DNA of 64,000 nt, from the NCBI GenBank assembly GCA_022605425.2, contig CM061246.1, forward strand, positions 496,001-560,000, written 5' to 3'. Under the pieces are notes generated by a model that saw only the letters and a program-made list of their open reading frames with translations, did not search any database and was not told the DNA's origin. A program made the position numbers and the translations under genes. The DNA comes from Hamiltosporidium tvaerminnensis FI-OER-3-3 (lineage: Eukaryota > Fungi > Microsporidia). Below are positions 25,559-38,092 of this stretch, one piece after another. Every line of letters starts with the position of its first letter. The first letter of the stretch is position 1.

Positions 25559-26285
25559 ACTTTATTTAAAAGTATCACATCTTTTTTAAAACAGTGGCAA
25601 GTGTTATATTTGTTTTCATGAAATTAACGCAGTTCTAGGTTTAACATAAATAACTGCTACCCCAAACTCCATCGGTAACTCCTGCGATACCTATGTCTCA
25701 AAGCCTTTCATCTATTAGATGTGTAGAACCCAATTAATAGGCGAGGCAGTTGCCCGGAGTTCGTTAATTTCCGTTGCATGGAGTGTTATCGAAGGCCGAA
25801 GCCCCCCCTGGGCTCCCCGAGACTATGCAGCATTCCCACTTACTCTACACTTTCTGAACCCAATAAACTTCTGGCTAAGGTATATTTCAGAGACTTACAT
25901 GGGTCCACCTAGACAGTGCAATGTCATACCAACAGTTATAACCTGCTACTTAGCTCTCCCGGCTTTAAATGGTTTTTATTTTTATATCTCCCAGGCGCTA
26001 AGTCTTCTATTCCGAGTGAGCAAGGCTAGGTTTCCATGCTTTTACATGGCAATTACCTACATGTTTAGCCGCGGTCTGCAATCTGGTTACATAAAAAACT
26101 ACAAATAAATTTGTAGAAAAAGTTTCTCCATTTCTTAGACCTCTCCTCCTCATAACAACTCCCATGGAACAACCGAAGATGTAGTATGGCTTTATTCCCA
26201 CCAAAAATCCAAACAATGATCTCACACCAGTTTCACACACTCATTGCCAAGCAGAAAGTTTTTTATGTAGTTATCCTACCTCCAC
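25559..26285 (-). repeat. Copy 2 of the ~725-bp element (family X), best preserved
   Basis: Colinear end to end with 52561-53285; ATTTGTATAATTT on both flanks (25537-25549 and 26287-26299). Confidence 0.95.
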
Positions 26286-26893
26286 AATTTGTATAATTTT
26301 AAAATAATATATTTTTAATAAAATATTAAGAAACCACAATATTAAATTTATAATTTGGTTTTTTAGTTATATTAAAGCCCTTCGTATGCACAGAGTGGCA
26401 CGTATATGAACTCACCCTTGAGCTCGGATATGTGACACTCCTTCTTCTTATTGCAAAAAAAAGAAGCCTATATAGTATTTTTAAGATTCATATAGAAAAA
26501 TATTTGCACAAAATTATCTAAATATCTAAGGATATTTAGTTAAATATTTTTAATTACAAAATTTTGTTTAATAATAGCTTGGTCTTTTCTTTCTTTATAT
26601 TATGTTTCCCCCGTTTTGTTAGTACAACGAGTAATATTTAGGTTTCTATTCATAGTTTGACTTAAGCATAATTTTCGGCTTTTATTCATAATTAAAAATT
26701 TTAATAATAGTGGTTCTGTACACCTGCGTTCTTATTGTTATATATATGTAATAGATATGGTATTAAATCTGTGATACTAATCTCTTTGCAAGGTCTATAA
26801 TAATGCCATATTCTCAAATCGAATAAAAAATTTGAATATAAATAATTACTTTTCTCGATCAGAATAAATAATTTTAATTATATCTTTGAATAC

Positions 26894-27125
26894 CATCATC
26901 ATCGGTACTACCGCACTGAAATAGCTTTAGCCGCATTGGGTAATACCACTCACCTGTCTCTTTCAAGTGGGCTCGTTTACTTGAGTAAGTTTCGGAACAA
27001 TATGGTTTTAAAAAGTGGGTTGTTAGCTCTACGCCCAATCCAAACCTGAAAAGCAAGTGCCTTTTAGTCGCCTCTTACAACAAGCAACGAATCTCCCAAG
27101 CTAATTATACTCCTAAATGGTGGAG
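26894..27125 (-). mobile_element. Older full-length copy of the bipartite RTE-derived SINE
   Basis: Minus strand reads ...gttgtaagaggcgactaaaagg...ggattgggcgtagagctaacaaccc...gcggtagtaccgatgatgatg. Confidence 0.85.
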
Positions 27126-27474
27126 CTTGTACATTAAGATATAGAACATAATTAAGAAATCAAATATTAGAAAAAAATAGGTGAATAAGATAGAGAGAAA
27201 TTTAGTAAATGCTTAATATTGGAGGATCTAACTCTCCAAACAAACTCTTAAAATTTTTTTTTAATATGTATAATATATAACATAAAAATTAAAGAAATTT
27301 TTAATAGAAGAAATTTCAGAAAGAAAAATTCTTATAATTTAATTTAAATACATAATTAAAAGAAATCGATTTTATTAGTTTCAATTTATGATTTCAAAAA
27401 TATCTTGGTACCCAACCACAATATTTATTTTAATTAATTATATTTTAATTATGTTTAGAGCCCAGATATAAACA

Positions 27475-27521
27475 GAGATTTGCTGCTTTGGACTCTAGTT
27501 AGAGTTCAATCGGTGAATCTC
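27475..27521 (+). ncRNA. Candidate structured RNA hairpin (20 bp, AGUU tetraloop)
   Basis: gagatttgctg/cggtgaatctc (11 bp) plus ttggactct/agagttcaa (9 bp), with 4 G-U pairs; followed by a T5 run. Confidence 0.35.
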
Positions 27522-30500
27522 ACCCTTTTTAAAAAAATCTTCCTTTGTAACATAAATAATTATTAAAATGTTTCTTATTCCCAAAAATATTTTTATTAAT
27601 ATTTTCGAAAGTTAGGAAGATACATTTATATTCTTTAAATATTTAAAATATTTCAGATAAATAGTTTGCTATTAGTAAATACATTTGAATTACTATATTA
27701 ATTCAGATTTTATTAAATTAAATGAGAAGCTTTACAAATATAGTAATATATAGCTAATACGACACGGTTGAGTATAGTGTTATCCCAGTTCTATATCAGC
27801 GCATATAAATGCAAAAATAATCACTATAAATTATAAATTACTTTATTTGCAAGTATTTATGAAATTTTATTTTTGAACGTTAAGAATATAATTTAACACT
27901 GCAATAGTCTTGCAGCATTGCTTAAAAAGGCATCTTTTGAACATTAGGATTAAATTATGACCTGATATATTTGATGAGAATTATTTTGAAGTTTATAAAA
28001 TAATATTGTCATGTGTCGCTCTGACAATTTCGAGTAATTATAGAAAACTTGGTAATTGATATTTCATAAAAGACTGTACTAATTAGAATAATTGTTTTTA
28101 TATTGCTGTTGCTGTATAAAAAATGTAAATAAAGGTTCCTGAAAGAAATCAGAATCCATAATTAAAATGATTATTCTTTTATTATACTATAAAAAAGAGT
28201 TGAACTACCTCTGTGGTCAATTTTTGAAAAAATAGGCAAAAAACGGACACCTCATTTTTTACTAAATAGTTTTTTTAAATTATTTGTGTAATTTGCTCAA
28301 ATACATTTCAGAAAAATCACACTCTACGAGCAAACTAATTGCCTGAACCGTACTCGGGCAAATCCCATAGGTGATTAAATAATAAAATATTTATTTGCTC
28401 AAAATAATTACCTTGTATGCATAATTTAGAAATGAAAATGAGTATCTTCAGTATTTATATTCCAGAGTTCAGCTTGAAACCCGAGAAGTGATTCAGGTGT
28501 TTTAAATAAACAGATTACACTTATAAAATGTCTAATATAGCTTAAAATCTTATATGGGTCAATGTATATTTAAGAACCTAGTTAATGTTACAATTCAACT
28601 CGATTATATTATTTTTGAAACCTAAATGAGAAACATAGAATAATTCTATATAGAATTAATACTTCTCTTTTAGGAATTTTTGAATTCAGCGAACAGTTTG
28701 TTTCGAAAAAAAATATTGAAATAATAGACAAAACATCATGGTGAACTCTAAATTATGGAAGGATTATGATGAAATTATTCAGGAACAAATATTTTTTTAA
28801 TGATGAGCGTCTTTTTATACATTGAAGTAATCTTAGAAAGTCTATGTATTGTAAGTAGCAACAAAATTTCTATAGAATTTTTTCTGGATTAGAAAATTTT
28901 CTTTAGAGTCGCTTTCTATATAAACCAATGAACAGAGATAGAATGTATTATAATTTTTACCTGCCAACAATACATATATACGCTTTAAACAATAAAATTA
29001 ACATTATAAGAAAAAAAACAAAAATATTGAAAATTTCTACTTCAGGATAAAATATTACCAGATTTTTATTGTTAATAAGAAAATTTGTTTACACTAAAAA
29101 ACTTAAGAAAGAATTGAAATTATAATAAACCATTATAATTAATAAATTATAGAGATTAACACGGTTGGAATTCAATGAATTACAACACATTCGAGCTAAT
29201 CTTTGCTTTATTTCATTTCTTAATAAATTTAACAAATACTTTGTACTAAAACGTAAAAATATCAAAACCTTTATTTCACCGTTTTCGACGTAATACCTTG
29301 AATTAAAAATTTATAAAACCATAAATTGCAAAAGTTGAGTTACTAGATACGTAATCCAATCTGATTTTCATCTCTAGCAACTCAATTAAAAACGAGGGCT
29401 GTAATTTAACAAAATTATTTTGTTTCTTTTAATATTGTGGTTTTGCTAAATAAATTTTTTCATGAAACTTATCTACCAGAGGGTTGCTTAATTTTTTTTT
29501 CTACTTCCATTATAATAATTCCCCTATTTAATCTTTTATTTTTCTTACGATTTAACTAATTTCTATATTTTAAGTGGATGCCTTGAGCCTTGGCGTTTGA
29601 TCAATACTTTTGAATTCAATAATTCAACGCCTTCATTTTACATATTCTTCTTCATTAAAGTCTGTACACAAGAGAGATATAGGTTGTTCGTGTCAATTAT
29701 ATCTATGTATGGCATTCGCAGATAAATGCCCTTTCACTGCTCAAATTGGTATTTTATCACAAAGTTGGCCTCTTATTCTGGTAAAATATATGATTTGAAT
29801 ATTTTTTTATGCCATAAATTGTTATATACATCATTATCTAGTATTAGGTGTTTTATTGGAACACTTTAAGGTATTTTTAACTATATATATCAGATTGTTC
29901 TAAAATTTTTGTACAAAACATCCTATGTATAAAAAACCTTAAAATATTGGCTTTTACGTCGTAATACTATATATTTGGTTTTGTAATTGGAAGTGGATTC
30001 GTAGATAATTCCGATGTCAAAAAAAGTTTTCATATTCAGTTTTTATTTAGTGTGATTTATATTGGTCTATAATCTAGTTCGAAACTTTGGTTTCAATCTT
30101 GATTTTTTTAATATTTCTATACATTGGTTTTTTAAATTTTGAACCAAAGTAACCGTTAATTCGTTTTGAAGCCATCTATTTTTATTTATTTTGATTAAAG
30201 CAAATTTTAAAACCGAATCACTCATTAAGAGTATATTAACAATATGAGAAGAATTTTCTAACCTGTTTTCTAAATAAACTGGTAATTTTTAGTATTTTCA
30301 CAATGTTATAAATATTTTACCGCACCCTAAGAGAAATCAATTCTATCTTGAGCATATAAAAGAATACATCATTCAAAGGTTATATTCAAATTATTTGATA
30401 GTTTGGAATAATCCCTCAATAGCTCTTTGTTTCTATTTTACATAATTTTGTGTAATTTTATAATTTTCTTTTTGCAATAAATGGTTTCTATTATATTTTA

Positions 30501-33500
30501 TATATTTTTAATTTTAAACTTTTTTAGAAAACATTTTACATGATGGAAGCCTTTGACTTGCAAGATATTTATAGAGCATTTTCCATTTTTAAAACTGATG
30601 CTCCTCTATTTATATTGATTGTTCTATATAAAACCAAGATTTTTATGAACATATGTTTATTTCATAAAGCCTCACAGCGATGGTTACGCTTAAGTTTCTT
30701 TTTTTACTGGATATGACCTCTACGAATACACTATTTTAAGATGAACCTAGTTTCTTATCAATATTTTAGCTAATGAATCATTTAATTCAAATAAATCTGA
30801 AGAAATAGTCGAATATTCCTATATAAAATTGTAATTACAATACTTCTTTTAATTAATTTAATAAGATAATTTTTGTGCGTTTAATATAGTTGTTGAGGGA
30901 GGAAACAATATTAAAATCATCTGTTTGGCCCAAGTTTTTGTATATATGATGAAAATTAACGGTTATTTTTTTCATGAATATAAACCACTTCGGATATATG
31001 AGTTAATCCCCTTTGTCGAATTATAACAGGTTTAAAGAAACACATGAAAAAAAAGACTGTCTCAAAGATCAATGTATTGGCTTCAAAAACAGACACCAGA
31101 CCTAGAAAATAAAACCAAGAGATTTCCTGAGCAATTTGAAGGACCTGAAATGTCCAAATAATATGACATCTTAAAAGCGGCTTACCAAGCAGATAAATAG
31201 ACCCGAAAAATGCTAGAATATTGACTCGCGACGCAATATGTTTGCATTTTATCTATATATTCACAAAACTGAATGTTAGAAAAGAATAAAATATACAAGA
31301 AAAATAATTATTATCTGCAGTATAGGCTAAATTAAAATATAAATTTACAATTAAGGTTCTATGAGAAATCTTTTGTAGGTTATCTTTTGTTGTAAAGTGT
31401 TTATATATCAATTAAATATAAAAAAAGAAGAATTTCTTTTGTAGAAGAAGTACTGTCTTAGTTTACCTTAGTTTATACGTAAAACAATTTTTGAACCGAA
31501 GGATATTACTTCGTTATAATCAGAACAAAACCAAATCTTTTAACTCTGATGATTATAAGATTGAAAAGAGAGACGAAGGTTTTCGCTATATATAAAGCTG
31601 TATTTGCCAACATTCCTTTTTTTTTATATTTTTCGTTAGGAATCTAGCTTAACAGACTCATGCACCGGTCAATTATAAGACTAATGGTTTATACTAATAT
31701 AAGATTCGACTCTTGTTATTTTATTTTACGAATTTTAAGGTTCTCTTGAAACCTAAATTTCACATTTAGTTTATTTTTTTACAATAAAAACATAATTGAT
31801 CAAGAAGTTTTTACTTTAATTTAATTCAACATCGACTATAAGTCACAACTTTTTTTACAATACAACTGTTATAAATTGTTTGAAAATATTTTAATTAAAT
31901 AATGTTTATTAGAACTCTTATTTGATCTCCCCACGCCTCATACCATTTCTTAACCATTTCAATTAGCTCATTCGTCTTCCAACTTCAAATTATATGAAAT
32001 TTGTCGAAAAAGTATAAAAGGTGACAATTTGGTATTGGTTTTTATTCAGAATCACGTTAGCATGCATTTTAAGATGTGATCTAAGGTTCTAATAAAAAGA
32101 TTGAAGAAAAGTAGCTTTTTTATATGTGAACATTGAAACATCATAAAAATTTATGTGAACAGAGTCAGTTTTATACTCAAAAATCTATGGCTTGATTTTA
32201 AGTAAAATACTAAACAAGAACCCAATTTACGCTATTTTGGAATTCACAATGTCAAAAATCTACGATCAGAGAGATATCTGAAGTATGTGATTTCAGATTT
32301 TCCGGAATTTATACTCTAATGGCCTCATTTTGGGTTGTAAACAACATTTATCTTTTATACTCAACCATATGATAAGAATTACTATGTTTAGAAAAACTAT
32401 TATAACATATACTTCAAAATAAACTAAACATTAGATTATCCAAACCGCTTCCCTATCCATAAATGGTAGGTTTTTTTGATGTAAAAATATAAGAATTTTT
32501 TAATAATCTATATTTTAAATATATCATTTATTTTAGTTTAAAATAGAATGACTTGCATTTGTTTAGCATTCTTTATTTCAAGCCAAGCTATGCCTCTTTT
32601 TATATGTATTTTCAATGGGATTTAGGAAAAATACAACACGTAATTTCAATTTCTATATTTTACTTCAAAACAATCTAGACTTATGTCGCTTCATTGCCTC
32701 GGAGTATTCTAAATGCATATCTACAATAGTATGTGATTCACGGCTTTGTTATAATTAGTTTTACAATCAACGGTTGCTAGCATAGTTATATTTATTAATA
32801 TACTTTGATAATTTGCTGTAAAAACCAAAAATCACAATAATTTTGTCGAAATATTTATCTATTTATTTTATGTACACAATTTATTAGTCAATAAACATTG
32901 TTATGCGGAATAAGAAAGTATTTAACTTCTCATCTATTCTCTCTTTGTCTTATATATTTTCCAACATATTGGTACTAGATATTTAGTGCATCGATAGGAG
33001 CGATTGATGTAAAGACTTATTGCAGTAGCCTTGGAAATATGAAGGTTCACCAAGACATATTCTTAGATTTGTTATTATAGTAGAAAAAGCTGTCAAACAT
33101 TTTGCCAGTGATCAGGTTATAGAAAGAAGCATGGTTCAAATTCTTATTGTTAACTCTTGAAAAAAGGAATTTCTAAAAGCATAGCTCTTCTGAGACTCTT
33201 GTCAAAACAAATTCATGGATTTAGTTGATTATGTTCGTTTAAAATTTTTTTAATGATCAGAATTTAAATTTTTTATGAACGATAAAAATTTTGAAACCAT
33301 CGTATAATATAATAATATTAACCTTTATTTCTCTTGTAGCACGTCTGATTGAATAAGACGGTGCCTTTTTATATCAAAATCGGCCTATGGAAAAGTATAT
33401 TTGTATATTTGGTCAATTTTGTGTAAATATAGAGGAGTCGTTTTTCCATTTAGCTATATTTTAGATATTTACAAATTTTTAATAAAGATAGCGCAATACT

Positions 33501-34883
33501 GTTTATCTAAACATTCTTTATTGTCTAATTGAACTATTTTTCTGTTGCAATATTTTTTACGGTAAAATTTTACACAACTCTTTGATATTTATAATTAAAA
33601 ACATTCAAATAGATACTCACATAATTCTAATTATCTTTTTAAAATAATTGTGTTATTATATTTTATATTAAACATGAATGGAGTCGATCTTAATGATAAA
33701 GAATATTATTAGATGTTATGGACTGATAAATGACTAGGATTCAGGTAATAAAATTTCTGGATTCAGAATCAATAAAATAAATACTTTTAAAGGCACCTCT
33801 AACTTTCGATAGGATGAAAGAAAATTTTATTCGAAATCAAATAAAGCTACGAATATTGAATTAAATGGTAAGTATTCTTTCGGAATACACATGAATTTTG
33901 ATATTAAGGCGCGAGAATGCCTTTATTGTTTGTAGCTAAAAGATGAATTTAGATCAAGGAAAAAAACCCAACACAACATTTCTAGACAATCTGAAACTAG
34001 AGCGATAATCCTATAAATTTTTATAAAAAAAGAATTCAAGCGATAAAATAAAAACTATTAAAAGGTTTTTTAGGAATATTTGTTTCACTATATATCCAAA
34101 ACTCCAATCTAAAAAGACAATTTATGTGTCTTTTCACTCTTTGTGAGAAAATTTGAAAACATGCAATCGGAATTTCTAAGCAATATAATAGATAGTATTG
34201 CCGATATTTAAAATATATGACATATTATAATTAATTTAGATAGCTAAAAAATATAATAACGTTTTTCGAGTAAGATTTGTATAATAAGACTCGCTTCAAA
34301 TTGCCAAAATGCAAAGATGCTCAGTTACAAGGAAACAACTCCGGCTTTTTTTTATAGATTTAACTCAAAATTGTTTCTTAAATGGCACTCTATAAGTGCG
34401 ATGTTGCTATACATATTTACCTAAATTTTGAAGATTTTGGTAAAGTTTTGAAATAAAAAATAAGATCGCCTTTGAGTTTCAAAACTATAAATTATATTTT
34501 TTTCAATCTCCAAAGAACAATTTCAAGATCAAATACAATAAAAATTGCAAAAGGCAAAAGCTTTTCGATCAAATTACTTGAAAACACTAAAAATTTCTAC
34601 ATAATATCTCTTAAGAACAAAATTTTTAGCAAATAAATACATAAAATTGACTTAAATTTTCAAACAATATTCATATATCTCATACATATATCTAAATATT
34701 AAAGAGAGATAGAAAACAAATAAAGAAATAATGAAAAAGGCGCCAAATAATTGCACATTTAATTGATACAAAATTAAAAAGTTTTTATTTAATCCGTCTG
34801 TAAACCTAAATTTTTTTTTATATCCATATTTAACAAAAAAATCATTTAAAATTTTTATAAAATATTTTTTAAAATTATTCCCT

Positions 34884-35345
34884 ATGATGATTCTATTGAT
34901 TTGTATATTAGTCTTTACATTAATAGTTCTGTACATTTTGAATCGTAAAACAAAAAAAGTAATTGTATTTATCGGACCAAGATCTACTGGTAAGACAGTA
35001 GTTCTACATCAAATATTAGAAAATAAAACATATAATACAGTACCAACACTTGAAACATATACTTCTTCATATATTACAGATACAATACCAAATTTACATA
35101 CAAGTGATGTTCTTACAAAGTATAACATTTGTAATGAAAAAGCAAAATATTTTTTCTTTTTCAGTAATGAAAACCAACTTAAAGAAATTTTAAACGAAGA
35201 TAGAATTTATAAATTTTTAATTTATTTTGTATTTAAAGGAAAAAAAGACGAATTGGTAAATTATGATGAAATAAAAAAGAAAATTTCAAAAAAAAGATTT
35301 ATATGTCTTGAAAACGATGGTAAAAATCTTCTAAAATTTTTTTAA
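34884..35345 (+). CDS. Signal recognition particle receptor beta subunit-like small GTPase (reduced)
   Basis: N-terminal TM anchor, then P-loop GPRSTGKT and TVPT switch I; CCC 1 nt before the ATG. Confidence 0.75.
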   Translation: MMILLICILVFTLIVLYILNRKTKKVIVFIGPRSTGKTVVLHQILENKTYNTVPTLETYTSSYITDTIPNLHTSDVLTKYNICNEKAKYFFFFSNENQLKEILNEDRIYKFLIYFVFKGKKDELVNYDEIKKKISKKRFICLENDGKNLLKFF

Positions 35346-35448
35346 ATAGATTTATGTGATTAGAAAAATTAAAAAAATAAAAAAATATTAAAAAACTATT
35401 TTAGTCTAAAATTGTTGCGAATATTTGTAAAAAAAAATGTTAAATAAT

Positions 35449-36018
35449 TTATTCTTTATTTTTTTCTAAAATCTCCTCTTGAAATTTTATTAAATTGTAG
35501 AATTCACTTGCACTGCTGTTTTCTTTAAATTTGATAGCATATATAGAGCAAGAATAATTTGTTTCTGATTTTTCATCCGTATTTTCTATGGCTTCATAGA
35601 CAATAAAAGACACGGAATTTTCTTTTAAATCTGCTTTCAGATCATATGTAATGTAAAAATTCAAAAATGTAAGTTTCAATCCTTCTCGTACAAAAAGAAT
35701 TCGTTTTTTATTTTCAGTTTCAGTTATAATCATATGCCCTCGTCCAATATCACTCCAAACATTATTTATAAACTTATACAATCTCGATTCTTTTTGAAAA
35801 ATACAATCGGGTATCTCATCAAATCCACTTGTATCTACATTTTTAGGTGTTGGCTTATTAACCGTTGATTCTAAAAATGCAGAAGGTTCTTTTTTTTGTA
35901 CTTCAGATTCATTAGAAACAAAAATGCTTTCTTTTTGTTTGTATTCTGTTAATATCTCTTCTGGTTTCTTTTCAAAAATATTGTTTTTAATTTCATTGTC
36001 ATTTTTCTTCTCTGTCAT
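35449..36018 (-). CDS. Ran-binding (RanBD1/PH-like) domain protein, Nup2/Nup50/Yrb-like
   Basis: C-terminal IFQKESRLYKF...WSDIGRG...RILFVR...LNF...YAIKFK...ASEF is a RanBD pattern; ATG 36018 follows CCCC. Confidence 0.78.
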   Translation of the reverse strand: MTEKKNDNEIKNNIFEKKPEEILTEYKQKESIFVSNESEVQKKEPSAFLESTVNKPTPKNVDTSGFDEIPDCIFQKESRLYKFINNVWSDIGRGHMIITETENKKRILFVREGLKLTFLNFYITYDLKADLKENSVSFIVYEAIENTDEKSETNYSCSIYAIKFKENSSASEFYNLIKFQEEILEKNKE

Positions 36019-36200
36019 TGTGTTCGGGGTGAAAATCAAATTTTTTTTGTCTTTTTATTTTAATTTGAAACGTCGTTACAAATTTTAGAAAAGGATTTAA
36101 AAATACGAAAAAAAAATGAATTTAAAATTGTTAGAATAATAAAATAAAAAGTACATTTAGTTATTCTAAATTATTACATAATTTTTCTGAAAACTAAGAG

Positions 36201-36508
36201 AACTTGAGTCACTACCAAATTGCGTAGAGGGTCGAAATAGAGCCTCAATTAGTGTCATGAAGGGATCGTAAACATATGGGAAACCAATTTTTGTTAGTAG
36301 CTCGCTCCTTCCCTACAGATGGAACACAATCCAACGATGAATTATAGGTTCGCCAAGTTATAAGCGTTCCAAAGACAATTTTCTTTTGATAGGTTAGGTT
36401 GTCAGCCTCAAGAAAACTCTCCGAAAGAAAAATAAAGAGTGCACAACTGGGGTCGAACAGGTCTTTCGGAATTAATTTCCGATATCCTCACCACTAAACC
36501 ATTGGGCT
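36201..36508 (-). mobile_element. tRNA-headed SINE with RTE-like body and tail
   Basis: Minus strand: agcccaaTGGTTTAGTGG (A box), tcgga-aattaat-tccga arm and GTTCGAcc (B box) at 36439-36508; then ggagagttttcttgaggctgacaacctaacct; ends gtagtgactcaagt. Confidence 0.65.
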
Positions 36509-37154
36509 GATTAAATTTATTAGTCATTTAATTATAAAATTTTAATTTGTTTCATTCATTTACACTTGAATTTTTTTAATCTTTCAAAATTAAAATTTAT
36601 TTCCTCTTCTGTTCTGTTCTCTAATAAATACCTCCCTCTTTTAACTTTAAATTTTTATTTCTTCTAATCATTTTGCCATAAATCTCTCTGGATGTTCTTA
36701 TTCATATCTTTATTCATATCCTTATCTAAATCAATATATTCATTTCTCATTTTTTTTTTAATTCCCCATTGATCTCCAATTCTATTTGCTTAAAGTTTTT
36801 TTTGTCAGTTTCTTAATAATTATTTGTCCGTTCCATAAACTTTAAATCGTAATTTATTTAATACACACATCTTTCAGTTATATTCAAGACATATTTATAT
36901 TTTTATAAGGTATACCGCACATTCAATCCATTAGGTATATAAATTCCTAATTATTTTGATCAAATCATTTTTTATTTAAATCAGAATTATTCTATGATTT
37001 TATACGAACTAAATTTTTACTATTAAGTAAATTAATATATTAGGAAAAATAAAGATAACCAATTTTTTATTGCTGATATGGTTGTTATATAGAGCGCTTA
37101 TAAAGAGTTTTTTTGTATATATTTGTCTGTGTTTAAGCTAATATAAAAGAAATA

Positions 37155-37315
37155 TATTTCAATTAATAATTTTATTTGTAACATCATTGGTTTCTAGAAG
37201 TAAACCCTTAAATTTAGTATATATAGCCTTAATATTTCAATTAATAATTTAATTTGTAACATCATTGGTTTCTAGAAGCAAACCCTTAAATTTAGTATAT
37301 ATAGCCTTAATATTT
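37155..37315. repeat. Tandem duplication, 78 bp x2
   Basis: tatttcaattaataattt...gccttaa at 37155 and 37233. Confidence 0.95.
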
Positions 37316-37747
37316 TATTTAATGCACAAAAAAAGCAATAAAAATATTAAAAAAAGGTAATTTACATTTAATCTTATTGTTAGAATAAAGAAGAGAAGAG
37401 AAAAAAGAATTTTAAAATGTACAATTTAATATTTATTAATATATAAATTTTAATTGTTTTACTGAAGTAATATGTATTACAAAGAAAAAGAATTAAAAAG
37501 CCAAAATCTTAAATAATAAAGCATTCTCTTTAAAATACACTGTTTGATATCTCATTAAACTACTAAATTTAATAATATAAAGATCTAATAAGTGTTTCTT
37601 AAAAAAATATATAATTAAAAGTCAGTTTTTATTCTAATAGTAATATAAGCTCTATTCACTATTTAAGTAGATTGAACTTCAAACATTTTATTTTCTTCAT
37701 TTTAAGATTTGAAAATAAAATCTTCTAAGAATAAAAAAGATATTTTA

Positions 37748-37976
37748 TAACTATAAGGCTTTTGATGTATATAACTGTAAATATAAAGAGGAAGATTTAT
37801 TTATCTAACTATAAGGCTTTTGATGTATATAACTGTAAATATAAAGAGGAAGATTTATTTATCTAACTATAAGGCTTTTGATGTATATAACTGTAAATAT
37901 AAAGAGGAAGATTTATTTTATAACTATAAGGCTTTTGATGTATATAACTGTAAATATAAAGAGGAAGATTTATTTA
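37748..37976. repeat. Tandem repeat, 57-58 bp x4
   Basis: taactataaggcttttgatgtatataactg... at 37748, 37806, 37864 and 37921. Confidence 0.95.
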
Positions 37977-38017
37977 CCATTAAAAGAATTTATTATAAAG
38001 CCTTTTCCCTCCATTCT

Positions 38018-38092
38018 ATTCTTATATCTAGTATTCTTATACTATCTACTATTCTTATACTATCTACTATTCTTATACTATCTACTATTCTT
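38018..38092. repeat. 18-bp minisatellite (attcttatactatctact) x ~4
   Basis: Read directly from the sequence. Confidence 0.9.

Noticed and set aside
25815-26010. Group I intron core in family X (ttcagagact ... taagtc, P7-like)
   Set aside because: No convincing J8/7 (AAGAUA), P3 or P4-P6 found by eye; the pairing is just an inverted repeat and is poorly kept in copies 1 and 3.
25719-26108. 129-aa ORF inside family X as a real protein
   Set aside because: It is frameshifted in copy 1 and has an early TAA in copy 4; it has no recognisable domain, and higher GC makes open frames more likely by chance.
27472-27485. U6 snRNA (ACAGAGA box)
   Set aside because: It lacks a correctly spaced AGC triad and the U6 internal stem-loop.
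27700-34400. Decayed genes or transposon relics in the long ORF-free region
   Set aside because: Some stretches look codon-like, but I could not identify any motif well enough to support a call.
36439-36508. Ochre-suppressor tRNA (apparent TTA anticodon) explaining the in-frame TAA stops
   Set aside because: No U33, a broken T stem and a mismatched acceptor stem; it is fused to a SINE body, and normal genes here end in TAA.
37748-37976. CRISPR-like array (also 11311-11533 and 2975-3079)
   Set aside because: Head-to-tail tandem units with no unique spacers, no cas genes, and a eukaryotic context.
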